From the human T2T-CHM13v2.0 reference genome, Homo sapiens, in the NCBI RefSeq assembly GCF_009914755.1, contig NC_060947.1: a stretch of DNA of 64,000 nucleotides; one strand, written 5' to 3'. Below, one piece after another: positions 60,810-64,000 of this stretch; the first letter of the stretch is position 1; each line of letters starts with the position of its first letter. The notes beneath the pieces are model-generated. The model saw nothing but the letters and a program-made list of their open reading frames with translations. It searched no databases and was not told where the DNA came from. The translations under genes were made by a program, and so were the position numbers.

Positions 60810-61530
60810 ATTGACCACTCCAGGATCTAGCCCTGTACTAATGTTATGGTGAGAAGGGGAAAGCAAAGGCCCTGCTCTCTGGAAATCCGTAATTTAACAG
60901 AAAAATAATACTCATTCATATGAAGTAACTAAGAATAATACAAGATGGAAAACAATTATGTGCCACATTTTTTTGCTCTAAACAGTAAGCACTGTAGGGG
61001 TTCAAAGCACAGAGAGAATGAGAGTGTGGGCTGGAATGAGGGGAGAAGTCTTCCCAGAAGAAGTTGAACCTGCGTTATGTTTTGAGTAACATGTGAGATT
61101 GAGATTGTTGACTAGAAAAGGAACAGGCTTCTGAGGGGGAGGCACAGCATAGGGAAAAGGCTGGAGATGGAAATGGTCAGGGTGTTATCAAGAAAGGGTC
61201 AGAAAGAAGTCTGACTAGAGGAGAGGGTGTATATGCAGGCACAGTGGGGAAAAAATGATTGGCTGGGTATGGGACTCCCAGATTTGAAGAGTCTCTGATG
61301 TCAGAAGAAGTTTGGACTTGGGTAAACCTTGGGGGCTGTCGGACAATTATGCATAGTGATTCAGGATGGTTAGCTATGCAGTTGGAAGCAGAATTGATTG
61401 GAATAGGGAGAGACTTGAGACCAGCCTATAAGATACTACAGCAATCTAAGTGAGAGGTGATAAGGGTGGTGGCAGTGGGCATAGAGAGGAGGGTCAAATC
61501 CAAAAGGCTCTCAAGGCATCGGTGTGGCTG
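60810..61530 (-). mobile_element. L2 fragment
   Basis: Purine-rich antisense L2 motifs (gagaccagcctataagatactacagcaatctaagtgagaggtgataaggg). Confidence 0.65.
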
Positions 61531-62458
61531 ATAAACCACCAAGTAGATTTTCTTGACTTGTTTTTGTCTCACTCGCTCCTTCCTCTTAGCCTCAATACTT
61601 ACACTTTCTTTGCCTCATGCCCTCAGGACCTTAAGGTGGCAGAGTTTCTGGAGCTAAGATAACATTGGGCATTATAATCAGTTATCCTTTCCAAGTAAAG
61701 TAGATGCGCACAGGGGCCTTCAGTACCATGACCTGAAAGAGTGAGCAATGAGGAATCTGGCTGCAGAATGCAGTTGAGATGATAGCCAAGCTGGGGTGCT
61801 GAGTATTACATCCCCCAACAGGGAGGCCGGAGGCAGGCGATGCCTGTGTCTGGTCTGTTTCAAGTCCCCCAAGGCTTCTGAGAGCTGGTAAGAGTGAGGA
61901 AACATCTTTCAACTTCCCTGGTAGAATCAGTTTGAAAACTCTTCTGAGCACTTGGGAATCATCTCAGTGGAGGTCACACCTGTGCCAGAGTATGGCAAGA
62001 GCTACCACAGCACTTTGATGCCAGCTGGAGCCCTGTTGCAGCTGGTATAAGGAAACTAAGTGAGGAGTCCACAGGTTGATGGGAGAGTCATGGCCAGGGC
62101 CTCTGCCTGCTAAATTGCCTCCCCCACCAACTTTCCCCTCCCCACCCAATCCACTGAATATCAGCCCTGGATAGGTGTCTGGGCCAGGTCTGCCAGCCCT
62201 GGATTGGAGGGAAATAGAGAACTGCAGATAAAGGGATATTTGTGAGATTTTAGTCTCCTTTTACTTGTTCTTCTTGTGGGAGCATATGATGCCTTGTAAA
62301 GATGAATGAGTACAGTAGTTCTGCTCAGGCTGTGGGCTCCTAACTGCCAAGGGAGCTCTGCTCTGAGGGCAGGACCACCCAATCAAACAGGCTTCTCCTT
62401 GCTTCTGATCCAAACCCACTGGGAAAACAGAGGAACAGATGGCTAGATTGGTGGATGA

Positions 62459-62492
62459 ACACACGTGTGTGTGCGTGCGTGCACGCAAGCAT

Positions 62493-62542
<50 letters not shown>
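62459..62542. repeat. (TG)/(TGCG)/(CA)n alternating purine-pyrimidine tract
   Basis: Direct inspection. Confidence 0.92.
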
Positions 62543-62546
<4 letters not shown>

Positions 62547-63008
62547 CATAGTCTGTCAATCAGCGGCCTCCAGCACTTCCCTGCTAAAGATTTCTGTTTT
62601 GATTTCTGTAAAGTCTTCTGATTGCAGATTTGAGGCAGGGGTGGTGGTTGGTGGCTAAGAAGTAGGCAGGTGTCCAGAGTGGAAAATGCTTATGCAGGTG
62701 AAGGATTGAGAAGAGAGAATGCAAGTCACTGACTAGGGTAGTTTGTATGTTTACTACCCTTCTGATGGAAAAACCCATTTAAGGCAGAAAGAAGAGGGCA
62801 TGATGGCAACAACTGGCTTAGGAGTCAACCAGGTAAGTGTCAAGATCTCTCAATTTGGAGATTCTTCTACAGTCTGTACTCACTGTTTGTCTCCTAAGTT
62901 TTGTCATTGGTTTATACATTTCTTCCTTCAGTAATTGTTCTCTTTATCATCCCACTTCTAACCTAGACCCAAGCAAGTTGGTTTCAGAAACTGAAGTACC
63001 CAGAGGAT

Positions 63009-63455
<447 letters not shown>

Positions 63456-64000
63456 TGAAATTGCAGAGAATGCAGATATGATTAATAAAGTGAGTGTTGT
63501 TCCATATTCATCTCGTCACCTACAGTCGAGCTGTAATCTTTCTAATATGTAGAGAAATCACTCACTGACAGAGGAAAAAGAGGGGGTTCTTTAAACAGAC
63601 CCACTAGTCCGCTGCTGCCACACAGTTTAGTGTCCGTCACCTGCAAAGTCCAAACCAGCATTGGCTGTTGGGTCTGCTTTCTTTTCTTCCCCCGACCCGC
63701 TTTAGAGATTTCCACACTTAGTCTAAATATAGCTTGTCCTGCTTTGGAAATCTAGGTGATTGCTGGAAATGATGAAGTCTGGCCTTTAACCGGAGCTCCA
63801 GTTGCATTTCATTATTAACTTTAAGGACATTTTCTCTTTGGAGTTTACCATCATTTTAAATTCATCACATCTAGAAGCAAACTCAGGATCTCCTCTCCAA
63901 CCTTACCCTCCACGCTGAAAGCTCCTGCCCCTCTTCAGCAGGCTGTATCTCTCTATCAATGACACCATCACTCTTTTGATAGCCCAAGGCCTGAGACTTG

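Noticed and set aside
62628-62832. Possible cassette exon (ttgcag|...cag|gtaagt) in intron 1
   Set aside because: Good donor but weak polypyrimidine tract, length not a multiple of 3 and no coding signal; indistinguishable from a pseudo-exon without RNA data.

Overview
Primate (almost certainly human) non-coding genomic DNA; no intact protein-coding gene lies in the window and almost all listed ORFs are Alu, L1, LTR or microsatellite artefacts. About 1-42 kb is densely nested transposon debris: old L1M, a split L1PB, a 5-kb 5'-truncated L1PA6-like element, MaLR/ERVL LTRs, Tigger and piggyBac (Looper-like) fossils, and most of the ~18 Alu copies (one young AluYa-type). It also holds a 5'-truncated KRT18 processed pseudogene (31255-32186) and a short decayed retrocopy of the alternative 5' exons of PPP2R5C (~262-720, minus strand). 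About 51.6-53.1 kb is a CpG-island promoter with a + strand, probably non-coding first exon ending at a canonical donor (52621/52622). That exon carries overlapping uORFs and GCC/GAG repeats, and the rest of the window is its intron 1. From memory only (unverified), a KRT18 pseudogene ~21 kb upstream of such an exon fits KRT18P49/FRMPD3 on Xq22.3. I see no convincing new biological system. The best leads are the PPP2R5C retro-fragment, the exon-1 uORF/repeat architecture and a Tigger copy that retains transposase sequence. Subfamily names are by-eye calls and boundaries without TSDs are approximate.
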